Below, piece by piece: positions 29,475 through 39,725 of a stretch of DNA of 64,000 nt (its first letter is position 1; every line of letters starts with the position of its first letter). Below the pieces are notes generated by a model. The model had not been told where the DNA came from. It saw nothing but the letters and a program-made list of their open reading frames with translations, and searched no databases. The position numbers and the translations under genes are program-made. The stretch is from an uncultured Candidatus Saccharibacteria bacterium. Its GTDB lineage: Bacteria; Patescibacteriota; Minisyncoccia; Phycocordibacterales; CAZPGN01. The stretch covers positions 8,945 to 72,944 of the forward strand of contig CAZPGN010000003.1 of NCBI GenBank assembly GCA_964586635.1, written 5' to 3'.

Positions 29475-30883
29475 GGTTTCAAGCCAGCTATGGAAAGTAG
29501 GGCGTGCGCGGTGCGCATACCCGACCGTCCGTCAACAAACTGCGCCTGTTGGAGAACCAACTGTTTGCGTTCAGACCTCAAGCGAGCAGGGTCTTTCAAG
29601 TATGCGCAGAGTGCGCGCACGAACTCTTCCTTATCTGTGGCGAGCCAAATTGCATTCGTTGATTTAATGTCACGCAAGTGGTCCCAGTCAAAAAAACGCC
29701 GCGCAGAATTCCAGTAATTATAGGTACGGTACCCGTCAAATGCAATGCCGACGAGCGGCTTATCGAATATTGCCGCCTCAATGAAGAATGTCGAGTATAT
29801 GGTTATGACAATATCAGCATGGAATAGGCTATTCGCAAGGAAGGCTACTGCCTCCTCGTCCATTTCCCAGTCAGCTCGTCCCGTCCCGATGGAAGTGGTC
29901 GAGGCATGCGCCAAAAATCCGTAACGCGCGCGCATCTTTTCCAATTTTTCTTGGCCAAAATCAAATCGTGGATAGGGACGCAATAACACTTGAACATCTT
30001 CCCCGAGGAGATTTTCCGAGATGGCGCAGTGCAAAATATCGACGATATCTACATCGATATGCAGACCTGCCTTTCCTGAAAATGCGTATAGAATGAGTTT
30101 CTTGGACGGGTCACCGCCAATTTCACGCATAAAATCCTCCCGAGAACATATCGGAGGATGCTTAAAATAAAGGTCATATTGTAAAATACCGGTAACGATT
30201 ATTTTATCTTCGGGGTAATCACCAAGGTGGATTGCCTGATGCCGAATCATGTCGGTCTGAACTAATAGATGGTCGGGGTGCAGACGGAGCAGGGTCTTGC
30301 TATAAAAAGTATCCCAGCTAAAGATCATTCCTGCTGTGGCAATACCGGCTTTTTTTGCCTCTCGCATGAGACGATAATCCTCTCCCCACACCATCGTGGG
30401 ACAAAAAACAACATCGGGGGCATATTTCTTTAAGATCCCCGCAAATGTATTGCTCGGATATGCAAAATAAAAGGCTCTGAAAAACATCCGATACGGTCGC
30501 CCGATCCTGCCAACTATCCGAAAGAATCGCTTGAAGGAAAAGACACCGAGACGCCTAATGAACTGCAGCGGCGAATTTTTTTCGCCTCCGCGAAACAAAC
30601 CAGTCATCTGGTCCATATGCGAACGGCTTGTGACAATACTCGCCTGCTCGATCGTTTGAAAGAACTGCTCCGAATAAAGTCCGCGAATATCGGGACAAAT
30701 GTCAAAGACCACATTGGGCATGTTAAAGTGCGCCTTGTAATAATCGAGCTTCTGTCGGTGCGCGAGCAATACGAGACGAACATCTGTCCGCGAAGAGAGA
30801 ATTCGAAATGCCTCGGTACGAAGAAAGTTCCGAGCAAAAAAATTATTCCCAATGGGGATTAAAAAGGTCGTCTGTTTTTTCAT
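29471..30883 (-). CDS. Uncharacterised GT-B-like protein, paralogue 3 of 4
   Basis: FSWDTFYSK, GILQYDLY, SREDF, RPYP, LFHADI...STFFIEAAIFDKP. Confidence 0.6.
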   Translation of the reverse strand: MKKQTTFLIPIGNNFFARNFLRTEAFRILSSRTDVRLVLLAHRQKLDYYKAHFNMPNVVFDICPDIRGLYSEQFFQTIEQASIVTSRSHMDQMTGLFRGGEKNSPLQFIRRLGVFSFKRFFRIVGRIGRPYRMFFRAFYFAYPSNTFAGILKKYAPDVVFCPTMVWGEDYRLMREAKKAGIATAGMIFSWDTFYSKTLLRLHPDHLLVQTDMIRHQAIHLGDYPEDKIIVTGILQYDLYFKHPPICSREDFMREIGGDPSKKLILYAFSGKAGLHIDVDIVDILHCAISENLLGEDVQVLLRPYPRFDFGQEKLEKMRARYGFLAHASTTSIGTGRADWEMDEEAVAFLANSLFHADIVITIYSTFFIEAAIFDKPLVGIAFDGYRTYNYWNSARRFFDWDHLRDIKSTNAIWLATDKEEFVRALCAYLKDPARLRSERKQLVLQQAQFVDGRSGMRTAHALLSIAGLKP

Positions 30884-32229
30884 GACGCGACTCCAGCAGT
30901 GGCCGCAATGAGCGCTCCCGCAAGGCGTTCGCTCGCTCTGCCATCCGAATGCGAATGCCATCTGCCGCGAATCCGCGCGCGCCCATCACTATCTAACTCT
31001 GGACTAGTGAAATAGTCACTGATGGCTAGCCGAAGCTCTTCGATACTTCTCACATGCCGTATGCCGCCTGTGGCTAGCACTTTTTGAATATGGGCAAATT
31101 TAAAATTAAAAATCGATTCGCAGAAATCGTACGGGCGATGATATATCTCAACCATTATCGAAGGTTTATCTATGAGTACGGCATCGACGGGGATGCTTGT
31201 CGGACCGCTTATTACAATATCTGCGTGATAGAGTGAATCAACAAGACACTGGTCGTCTTCGCGGCTGATCTCCTGATCCGTCACTCTATCTTTTTTGAAA
31301 CCAACCCCGGGTTGGTCAAACGCAACATTGGGAGGTTTCTTAAAACTTTCCCCTATACAGACACCAACCGACGGAGGAAATCTTACGAGTATGCTTGCGC
31401 ATAGAGTACCCAGAAATTCGATAATGGGCTGGTCGACATCGTTTTGACGAATAAGCATATCGCTTATGGGTGCGTACAGAAGAAGTTTCTTCTCTGGGTC
31501 CAAGTTAAACCGTCTACAAAACTCTTCCCTTGTCGTGGACGGCCCAGAAAGATACTTGTCATAACGAGGATCACCTGTTATAAAAATCCGCGCTCTCGGA
31601 TACTGATAGAGCTCTGCAACCTCGTCGGCGAGCAATTGCGAGCCGACAATGAGACGGTCCGGCATCACCCGTAGTATTCTCTGGGTCGGGTTGTCCCATG
31701 ACCGCACCATACCTACGACGAGCACGCCTCGGCGCCTCGCGTCCTGCATCAGACTGACATCGTTCTCGTTCTGAATGTCTGTCGAAAATACGGCGTCTGG
31801 TTTATGCACATCCAGGATATGCCGAAAAAAGTCGCGCGGTGATAATGCGTGATCGAGCGCGCGCAACATCCGTCGAGCGATGTTTGACCGTCCGACGAAG
31901 CCGAAAAAGCGACTTATTGCGTAATGGATGTACTTTCCACGACAGTAATATTCATATTTCTTTCGCGTACGGGCTGTCTCCGTATTGAACAAATAAAAAG
32001 AGAGTCGCTTGAAGAAAATTCCACGGCGTGTGCGCGATGCGCCATAGAGAGGAACGCCCTCAATAACAATATTCTTGGCGCTGAATGTTTTTTGAAAATA
32101 CGGAACCTTGTAATCGGCCGTCACAATAACGACCCGCACCCCCGCATCCACTATGCGCGCAAGAAATGGAGTGAGGAGGATATTTCTCGAAATATGTGGG
32201 TGAAAACTTGAAATAACGACTGTTTTCAT
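30880..32229 (-). CDS. Uncharacterised GT-B-like protein, paralogue 4 of 4
   Basis: RSWDNPT, GDPRYDKY, TREEF, RFPP, LYHADIV..GPTS..DA...DKP, DGRASER. Confidence 0.6.
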   Translation of the reverse strand: MKTVVISSFHPHISRNILLTPFLARIVDAGVRVVIVTADYKVPYFQKTFSAKNIVIEGVPLYGASRTRRGIFFKRLSFYLFNTETARTRKKYEYYCRGKYIHYAISRFFGFVGRSNIARRMLRALDHALSPRDFFRHILDVHKPDAVFSTDIQNENDVSLMQDARRRGVLVVGMVRSWDNPTQRILRVMPDRLIVGSQLLADEVAELYQYPRARIFITGDPRYDKYLSGPSTTREEFCRRFNLDPEKKLLLYAPISDMLIRQNDVDQPIIEFLGTLCASILVRFPPSVGVCIGESFKKPPNVAFDQPGVGFKKDRVTDQEISREDDQCLVDSLYHADIVISGPTSIPVDAVLIDKPSIMVEIYHRPYDFCESIFNFKFAHIQKVLATGGIRHVRSIEELRLAISDYFTSPELDSDGRARIRGRWHSHSDGRASERLAGALIAATAGVAS

Positions 32230-32251
32230 ATAGATTACAGACTACTATATC

Positions 32252-33196
32252 ATGAGAAATCTCATATCGGTGGTGGTCCCAATCTTCAATGAAGCGCCGT
32301 CTCTTCCCGAATTGCACCGACGATTGACGGGCGTTTTGCGCCCACTTCACACCCCATTCGAGTTAGTGTTTGTGGATGACGGTTCCACTGACGATACGCG
32401 GCAGACGCTCTCCACTCTGACCCCGCTTCGAGCCATACATCTGAAAAGGAACTACGGCCAAACCATCGCCCTGGCGACTGGCATAGAATCGGCCCGCGGC
32501 GATACGATAATAGTGATAGACGGAGATCTCGAGAATGACCCGGACGACATACCTAGACTGCTTAAAAAAATGGATGAGGGGTATGATGTAGTGTCGGGTT
32601 GGCGACAGAGGCGTTGGGAAAATGCGGCGTTCAGGCGACGCCTTCCTTCTCTTGTCGCCAATTACGCGATCGCTCGCTTGAGCGGGCTCGCGATCCACGA
32701 TTTTGGATGCACGCTGAAAGCATACCGAGCGGAGTTTCTGAAAAACATACCGTTCTCTGGGAACATGCACCGCCTACTGCTCGCATATGTCGCGAGACAA
32801 GGCGCGAAGATAATCGAAATTCCGGTAAACTTCACACCGCGGAAACATGGAACCTCTCACTACGGGGCGAAGCGCATACTCGAGGTTCCGATTGATATGC
32901 TCGCCTACTATTTTTTTGAAAAATACCACAATCGACCGCTATACTTTTTCGGCGCCGCGGGCTTCATTTCATTTTCCCTTTCTATCCTCGTATTTATTCT
33001 GATGCTCGTTCTCCGTTTCTATGGCGGTCTAACCTTCATTCAAACCCCACTCCCGATTTTGGCGGTGTTCTTTGCAATGATCGCGGCGCAGTTCGTTCTC
33101 ATGGGTCTCATTGCCGAACTGGTATATCGCTTCTCAAAGCATGACCGACCGATCGCAATCCGCGAATATATTAAGGACGAGGCCTCGCGCGGATAG
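32252..33196 (+). CDS. GT2 polyprenyl-phosphate glycosyltransferase (ArnC/DPM1-like)
   Basis: SVVVPIFNE, VDDGSTD, RNYGQT.A, IDGDLENDP, DFGCTLKAYR, two C-terminal TM helices. Confidence 0.88.
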   Translation: MRNLISVVVPIFNEAPSLPELHRRLTGVLRPLHTPFELVFVDDGSTDDTRQTLSTLTPLRAIHLKRNYGQTIALATGIESARGDTIIVIDGDLENDPDDIPRLLKKMDEGYDVVSGWRQRRWENAAFRRRLPSLVANYAIARLSGLAIHDFGCTLKAYRAEFLKNIPFSGNMHRLLLAYVARQGAKIIEIPVNFTPRKHGTSHYGAKRILEVPIDMLAYYFFEKYHNRPLYFFGAAGFISFSLSILVFILMLVLRFYGGLTFIQTPLPILAVFFAMIAAQFVLMGLIAELVYRFSKHDRPIAIREYIKDEASRG

Positions 33197-33198
33197 AT

Positions 33199-35052
33199 AT
33201 GTGCGGTATCGCTGGATTTACTGGAAAAGGAACTCGTGAGACGCTAACGGAAATGACCCGTTCGCTCCGCTACCGAGGACCCGATGAAGAAGGATATTTT
33301 GTCGGGGGAGGAATTTCGCTCGGACATCGCCGCTTGTCTATCATAGACCTTTCAACTGGGTCCCAGCCCATCTTCAATGAAGACAGAACAGTGGCCGTGG
33401 TGTTCAATGGTGAGATCTACAACTTTCGTGCCCTCCGAAAAAGACTCGAGGGGGGACATTCATTCTATACAAATACCGATACGGAAATTCTCGTACATCT
33501 GTATGAAGAAAAGGGTATCCGTTTTGTAGAAGATCTCGAGGGAATGTTTGCGATAGCGCTCTGGGACGAATCGAAAAAGATGCTCGTGCTCGCACGCGAC
33601 CGATTCGGTGAAAAACCCCTGTACTACGGCGAAGTGAACGGGGCCCTCGTTTTCGGTTCTGAATTGAAAGCGCTTCTCGCGCATCCCGAGATCCGAAAGG
33701 CGCGCTCGCTCGACACAAACGCCCTCGCAAAATACTTCTTATACGAGTATGTCCCCTCGCCGCAAACTATTTTCCAGGGATTATTCAAACTCCCCGCCGC
33801 GCACATTCTGACCCATATGGCGGGTATAACAAGCATCTCGCGTTACTTTACTGTTCTCGAAAACTTCGGCGCCGAACAGTCCACAAATCCGGCGGAGCTC
33901 GACGAAAAGCTCGATGCCTCTGTAAAAAAGATGCTTGTCGCGGATGTGCCGCTCGGAGTGTGGCTTTCGGGCGGTCTTGATTCAAGCACCGTTGCATATT
34001 ATACCAAGAAGAACTCCACACAGCAGATCAGAACTTTCTCCATCGGCTTTAAGGAATCTTCGTTCGATGAATCGAAATACGCCGAGCGTGCAGCGGAGAA
34101 ACTTGGCACCCTTCATTCAAAAAAAATATTCGCCGCCAACGAATTACTGGCGGCGATCCCCACGATATACTCAAAACTGGACGAGCCTCTGGCAGACCCG
34201 TCGCTCCTGCCAACATTCTTGCTCGCTCAATTTTCGCGCGAATCCGTAACGGTGGTTCTTGGCGGCGATGGAGGAGATGAACTTTTTATGGGATACCCGA
34301 CATTCCAAGCGGAGCGCCTAGCTCAATCGTACGCGAACATTCCGCGTTCAATCCGCGCAATGATACAAAGAAGTGCAGGAAAACTCCCAACATCACTGCG
34401 ATATATGAGCCTTGATTTCAAGCTCAAGAAATTCACCAGCTTTGCCGACTATCCGTTCGAGATACGCAACCAACTCTGGATCGGGGCTTTCAGCGGACAA
34501 GAGATCGGAAAACTCCTCAAGAACCCAATCGATGAGGAAATGCTTTTCCAGGATATTCGAAGAGAATTGCCGGCACTCCATTCGCTTGATAATTTCGAAC
34601 GCTTGAGTTATCTCTACCTGACTCACTATATGCAGGACGATATCCTTGTAAAATCCGACCGCGCAAGCATGTATAATTCGCTAGAAGTTCGCGCGCCGTT
34701 CCTGGACCATATCTTGGCGTCTTTTGTATTTTCGCTCCCGCGGAGAGAGAAGTTGCGGGGTTTTCGCACAAAACATGTCCTCAAAAAACTGATGGCCCCG
34801 AGGATTGGTTCGGATCTCGCTTATCGAAAAAAACAAGGCTTCCAACCGCCGATCGCCAGGTGGCTCAAATACGAACTTCTCCCGCTTATGGAACAACACC
34901 TTGGCGAGGATCGGTTGGAGCAACAAGGTCTCTTTAATGCGGCGTATGTCCAGAAGCTCGTGAGAGAGCACCGAGATGGCAAGGCAGACCATCGAAAGAA
35001 GCTGTGGTCGCTTCTTGTATTTCAGCTCTGGAACGAACAGTTTAATGCTTGA
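33199..35052 (+). CDS. asnB: Asparagine synthase-like glutamine amidotransferase (likely sugar amidation)
   Basis: MCGIAG, RRLSIID, NGEIYN, RDRFGEKPLYY, LSGGLDSS, GDGGDELF.GY, LEVRAPFLD. Confidence 0.9.
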   Translation: MCGIAGFTGKGTRETLTEMTRSLRYRGPDEEGYFVGGGISLGHRRLSIIDLSTGSQPIFNEDRTVAVVFNGEIYNFRALRKRLEGGHSFYTNTDTEILVHLYEEKGIRFVEDLEGMFAIALWDESKKMLVLARDRFGEKPLYYGEVNGALVFGSELKALLAHPEIRKARSLDTNALAKYFLYEYVPSPQTIFQGLFKLPAAHILTHMAGITSISRYFTVLENFGAEQSTNPAELDEKLDASVKKMLVADVPLGVWLSGGLDSSTVAYYTKKNSTQQIRTFSIGFKESSFDESKYAERAAEKLGTLHSKKIFAANELLAAIPTIYSKLDEPLADPSLLPTFLLAQFSRESVTVVLGGDGGDELFMGYPTFQAERLAQSYANIPRSIRAMIQRSAGKLPTSLRYMSLDFKLKKFTSFADYPFEIRNQLWIGAFSGQEIGKLLKNPIDEEMLFQDIRRELPALHSLDNFERLSYLYLTHYMQDDILVKSDRASMYNSLEVRAPFLDHILASFVFSLPRREKLRGFRTKHVLKKLMAPRIGSDLAYRKKQGFQPPIARWLKYELLPLMEQHLGEDRLEQQGLFNAAYVQKLVREHRDGKADHRKKLWSLLVFQLWNEQFNA

Positions 35053-35845
35053 AAACATGGATCGCCGCATTGCATCGATATTATTGGGGGATCGTAAGTA
35101 TTCCGAGATGGACGGCAAACTCTTTTTCATTAAACCCGTAGGAGATATCGACTCCGTAAAGGTTTTCTTGAAGAAATTCCCTCGCATCTACGAAACGCTC
35201 ATTTATGTAACGACCACCATCTTTTTTTATGGCATGAGCGCCGAAGAAGCCATGAGAAAAGCGTATGGCGACATACGGGACAGAAAGATTATCGTGAATC
35301 TCGGTTCGGGGACAAGTGATTTTGCAGGCGGAGTGATAAACGTTGACGCATTCCCCTATCCATCAGTGAACATCGTCGCAGACGCAACCCGCCTACCATT
35401 CAAAGACGCCTCGGTAGATATGGTCATTTCGGAGTCGATGCTAGAACATGTCCCACTGCCAGAACGCGCCATCGCTGAAATGCGAAGGATCATTAAGCCG
35501 GGTGGTTACCTTTATCTTGAACTGCCCTTCATGTATCCATACCACGCCTCTCCGAAAGACTTCACGCGATTCACCATAGAGGGACTTTCCGAGGAACTCG
35601 GTGATTCTTTTGAAATAGTGGCGGCTGGCGCCCGTTCGGGCCCGTTTTCTGCGCTCATAATTCAGGCAATGTACGCTCTGTCGCTTTTGCTTTCGCTCGG
35701 CTCTAAAAGAGCATACTCCCTCCTGCTTCAGATCTGCATGGTGGCCCTTGCTCCACTCAAAGTATTCGACTTCTTCTATATTCCACTGGAGGACTCCCAT
35801 GAGGCCGCAAGTCATATTTACTTCTTCGCCAAAAAACGCAGGTAA
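35045..35845 (+). CDS. Methyltransferase type 11
   Basis: VNLGSG, ADATRLPF, LEHVP, KPGG, PFMYPYH..P.DF.RFT. Confidence 0.85.
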   Translation: MLENMDRRIASILLGDRKYSEMDGKLFFIKPVGDIDSVKVFLKKFPRIYETLIYVTTTIFFYGMSAEEAMRKAYGDIRDRKIIVNLGSGTSDFAGGVINVDAFPYPSVNIVADATRLPFKDASVDMVISESMLEHVPLPERAIAEMRRIIKPGGYLYLELPFMYPYHASPKDFTRFTIEGLSEELGDSFEIVAAGARSGPFSALIIQAMYALSLLLSLGSKRAYSLLLQICMVALAPLKVFDFFYIPLEDSHEAASHIYFFAKKRR

Positions 35846-36999
35846 ACGGAGACGAGCGAATCCCCAATCAAATCCCACGAATATCGAGATCCGATATTCT
35901 TTTTTTGTCGTTCCGTCATTTCAATGATTTTTTTCGGTTCTGCATCCAAAACGCCGCTCACGAGCCTCGCTTGTGCGGGAAGACTCGCGCTTTTATCGAG
36001 GTAGAAAGCATCCTCGCCGAGAATAGATCTGTTTGAGGCATGGTCATAACAAATGACCGGCAATCCCGCGGCGGCATAATTGAACAATTTTCCGTTTCCC
36101 TCCGATGTGTCCGCTTTCAGTGACACGGCAACATCTCCCAAAGCGAGATAGTTGTAGATGCACTCATAATCCACCCTTCCAGTTACGACTACGCATTCGG
36201 CGATGCCGAGCGAATCGGCCATGCGCCTATACGCATCTGCATGCGGATAACCCATGAGAAGCAGTATGAAATCATTGCGCAACACTCGCAGACCCGCGAC
36301 CAGATTGAGTAGTTTGTCCGTCCCCTCGAGTACGCTAAGCGTCCCCAAATAAACGATAACTTTTTTATCCTCCAGTATTCCGTACCTCTGGCGCAATTCC
36401 TGGACGGCGGCATTATCCACGCGGAGCATTTCTGTTCGTATCCCGTCTGGAATGAGCGATATCTTTGATGGATCTAGACCGAATTGCAAAGCTAGCACGC
36501 TTTGATTATTTTGATTGCTTACTATAATCGCGTTAGACAGACGATAAATAAACCTCTCGAGTCCGAAAAGAATGCGAAACGAGAGCGACTTTGGATGAAC
36601 ATGTCCCATGGAGACCAATTGGTCGGTAAGACTTCCCTGACTATCAAGCACTACCGCGCCACCAAAAATACTTCGCACTGGGAACGCAATGAGCGCCCCT
36701 TCGTGCGCATGCGCGTGTATAATATCCGGCCTGAAAGCGCGAGCAGTCTGGAGCGAACGAAACAGGAGAAAAAAATCGAGGTATATCTTATGCCAGCTTG
36801 GGCCTGGCTCCATCTTTTGATACCAGAAAAAGTTCGGTGTTCGGATGACCGAAAGACCCATAACATCCGAGCCGATGTGATAGGTAACGATCTTCACTTC
36901 GTGTCCGTGCTCCGACAGAAATTTTGCCTGCTCAAATATCCTCACATGACATCCTCTGTCGTAGAAAAAAGGAGTCGGGGCTATTACCAGTATCTTCAT
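35818..36999 (-). CDS. Glycosyltransferase family 4
   Basis: APTPFFYDRGCHVRI, IHAH.HEG, EGNGKLFNY.AAGLP. Confidence 0.85.
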   Translation of the reverse strand: MKILVIAPTPFFYDRGCHVRIFEQAKFLSEHGHEVKIVTYHIGSDVMGLSVIRTPNFFWYQKMEPGPSWHKIYLDFFLLFRSLQTARAFRPDIIHAHAHEGALIAFPVRSIFGGAVVLDSQGSLTDQLVSMGHVHPKSLSFRILFGLERFIYRLSNAIIVSNQNNQSVLALQFGLDPSKISLIPDGIRTEMLRVDNAAVQELRQRYGILEDKKVIVYLGTLSVLEGTDKLLNLVAGLRVLRNDFILLLMGYPHADAYRRMADSLGIAECVVVTGRVDYECIYNYLALGDVAVSLKADTSEGNGKLFNYAAAGLPVICYDHASNRSILGEDAFYLDKSASLPAQARLVSGVLDAEPKKIIEMTERQKKNIGSRYSWDLIGDSLVSVYLRFLAKK

Positions 37000-38582
37000 T
37001 GTTTTAATCTCTTGTACAATTCGAGCGTCCCGCCGTCTTCTCCTTTAGTATACTTACGAGGGTATACATTGTTCACGCTTGCGATGAGTTCGAACTCTTC
37101 GTCAAGAATGCCTCGGATCTCATCAGCCTTGCGGCGCCCATCAGGGTCGAGCGATCCCCAGAATGAACCACGCACGAATTGGAGATTCCAAAATTCCTTA
37201 TTCAGAGCGATGTAGTCGGCGCCAGAAAGAATCCATTCTTTCAGGAGTTCGTAATTATAAAAACGCAACTGCCGAGCACGCTCTGTATCCAAGAAGTGCA
37301 CATAGAAAAAGTCTCTGTTCACGAGCGGCGCGAGTATAGTCTTTCCCGCAAGGAACACATGAAAAAACGAATTATCGAAGGATAAAACCCTCGCGTCCGC
37401 TTCGGTGTGAGCTCGTATCAGCTCCGCGCCCCGCGATACTCGCAGAATATCCGACTCCTCTCGAGGACTCGAGAGCACATCCGACCGATACAGATTGCCA
37501 ACGGCGCCAAGCGCTATGGCTACACCGACCACTATTGCCGCAAACGGTCGATACTCGCCTACATAACGAGCGCATCCGACCATCGTCGTAAGCGCTACAA
37601 GAGGCATAAAATACGCCGCATATCCCACCTGTCCGATCGCACCCCAATAGAGATAGTGCGCCGCAAACAAACCTGTCGATAGCGCAACAAGGAGCGCATA
37701 CACATGTTCTTCCTGTATGAATTCTATGATTCTGCCCCACTGTTGCCGAACGATGAATGCAAGCACGGTGAAAAAGAGGACAAAAAACGCAAAGAATTCT
37801 CGCACGAGATCGACGAACACCTGCACATATTCGACAATGGCCTGTCCGCCAACAACAGCCGTTGCGGGGAGCGTTGCAAGAGGTCCAACTTTCACGAACG
37901 GGGCGAGGATGTGCGAAAACGCAAGCGATGGATTCTGATATACAAGGGGCGCATATCCGATGATAACCGTCACAGCAAGCGACGCGAGGAAGATCGCGCC
38001 GTCTCGCATACCTACACGCCGATACAGAAGATACCCGCCATATACCAAGATCGCGGGAAGCATGTTTATACGCGCGAGGAGCAAAAGACCCAATACCACA
38101 CCGGAATAGAGCGCCTTTTTTGAGCGACTCGTAGAGAGAGTTTCGACCCAAAAGGCAAGCGTGAGGAGCAGTGCCGTAAGCGAATAGAGCGTTCCCGATA
38201 CATAGTTTCCCATCAGAAATACATTCGACATGAGAAGCCATACGGCGCCGATACCCCACCATCTGCTATTGCCAAGTTTCTTTCCGACTATGTAAACAGA
38301 GGTAAGCATGAGCCCAAGAATTACTGTCGACACGATTCGAGCTAGATAGAGACTCGGTCCAGCCAAGATCTGCGGTATCCCGTATATCGGAATAAAAAGC
38401 GGCGGGTATTCGACCACAATATCCGTGAAAGGCACATATGTTCCGCTCGCAATGAGATACCCTTTGAACGAGTACAGCAACTCATCAAACCATGTCTCTC
38501 GAAAGAGAATGAGTATCACGACCTCCACAAGAAAGGCCGAAATTGTGGCTATAACGCTTGCCGTAAATGCCTTGTTTTTCAT
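36996..38582 (-). CDS. GT-C fold integral membrane glycosyltransferase (ArnT/PMT-like)
   Basis: WFDE acidic motif after TM1, YPPL, ~11 hydrophobic segments, soluble C-terminal domain. Confidence 0.62.
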   Translation of the reverse strand: MKNKAFTASVIATISAFLVEVVILILFRETWFDELLYSFKGYLIASGTYVPFTDIVVEYPPLFIPIYGIPQILAGPSLYLARIVSTVILGLMLTSVYIVGKKLGNSRWWGIGAVWLLMSNVFLMGNYVSGTLYSLTALLLTLAFWVETLSTSRSKKALYSGVVLGLLLLARINMLPAILVYGGYLLYRRVGMRDGAIFLASLAVTVIIGYAPLVYQNPSLAFSHILAPFVKVGPLATLPATAVVGGQAIVEYVQVFVDLVREFFAFFVLFFTVLAFIVRQQWGRIIEFIQEEHVYALLVALSTGLFAAHYLYWGAIGQVGYAAYFMPLVALTTMVGCARYVGEYRPFAAIVVGVAIALGAVGNLYRSDVLSSPREESDILRVSRGAELIRAHTEADARVLSFDNSFFHVFLAGKTILAPLVNRDFFYVHFLDTERARQLRFYNYELLKEWILSGADYIALNKEFWNLQFVRGSFWGSLDPDGRRKADEIRGILDEEFELIASVNNVYPRKYTKGEDGGTLELYKRLKQ

Positions 38583-38600
38583 CGCAGAGCCAGTATAGAT

Positions 38601-39722
38601 TTATCGCCTGAATATATCCAGCATGCGCTCCGTATATTGCCCCCAAGAGATATTCTCTTCCACGAATTTCCGCCCGGCCTTCGAGAGAGTCGGAGTAAGC
38701 TCGGGTTTGTTGAAGAGCTGTTCGATGGCGGCGGCTATTTCAGACGGAGACTTTGGCGAGACAAGCAGTGCGTTTTCGCCATCCGTTAGCACCTCGCTCG
38801 CCCCCGCCGTTCTCGACACTATAACCGGCATTCCCGATGCCATAGCTTCAAAAACGGCAATGCCCCAACTCTGCAGGTGCGAAGGAAAGACGAACACATC
38901 ATGACCCGCATATGCACCAAGCAGTTCTTTGCCAGACACTGCTCCAAGCAATGTCACCGTATTCTCTAAATGAAGCGATGCGATGAGTGAAACAAGTCGC
39001 TCCTTATATCGAAGATCCGCATCGCCGCCAACGATCGAGAGGGTCATATCATACCCCTTGCTCTTCAGTATATTCACTGCCACGATGAGGTCCTCAAACC
39101 TGCGATGCGCAAACAAAATGCCAACCGCAAGCGCCTTCAACGGACGCTCCCTGCGCAGAGCGCGCAGAGTAAATGGGAACTCCGTGACACAGATGCCGCT
39201 TCTCACGACTTCCGCTTCTTTCCTATAATACTGCATCACCCACGCACGGTCTCGTTCATCGAGCACCACGATATCGTCCTGCGGCGCTATGAAGAGAGCG
39301 CGTTCGCGCCAGTCAAGCAGACGATATGCAAAGACCTTCACGCGCGATGCCATGATGCTTTGGTCAACTTCTCTTGCGCGTAAATACGACGGGTACCTCG
39401 TCGCCATATCATTCATCATCCAAATGCTTCGTACATGAGGATGCGCCTTTTTGTATAATGCCGCAGTTCGGTACACTTCTTCTCCATGCGGATTGACAAC
39501 CTCAGTTCCATTTTCGATGCGGGACGCAAGCTCTCTCTCGCCGTATTGTTCAATAACCCGCATTCCGTAGAGAAGCTCCTCATAACAATTAGCTTTATCG
39601 TAAATAAATGTATATAGGGTTACGGCATGGCCCCGCTCTATGAGACAGCGCGCAAGCCACAACGCCTGGCGTTGTGCGCCGCCCCTGACATTCAACCTTC
39701 GGATAAGAATGGCTATCTTCAT
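38601..39722 (-). CDS. Glycosyltransferase family 4
   Basis: GGAQR, FVFPS..QSWGIAVFEAMASGMPV. Confidence 0.87.
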   Translation of the reverse strand: MKIAILIRRLNVRGGAQRQALWLARCLIERGHAVTLYTFIYDKANCYEELLYGMRVIEQYGERELASRIENGTEVVNPHGEEVYRTAALYKKAHPHVRSIWMMNDMATRYPSYLRAREVDQSIMASRVKVFAYRLLDWRERALFIAPQDDIVVLDERDRAWVMQYYRKEAEVVRSGICVTEFPFTLRALRRERPLKALAVGILFAHRRFEDLIVAVNILKSKGYDMTLSIVGGDADLRYKERLVSLIASLHLENTVTLLGAVSGKELLGAYAGHDVFVFPSHLQSWGIAVFEAMASGMPVIVSRTAGASEVLTDGENALLVSPKSPSEIAAAIEQLFNKPELTPTLSKAGRKFVEENISWGQYTERMLDIFRR

Positions 39723-39725
39723 AGT

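Noticed and set aside
37372-38262. 296-aa Cys/Arg-rich ORF in an alternative frame of the GT-C gene
   Set aside because: Composition is what an off-frame reading of a hydrophobic membrane-protein gene gives
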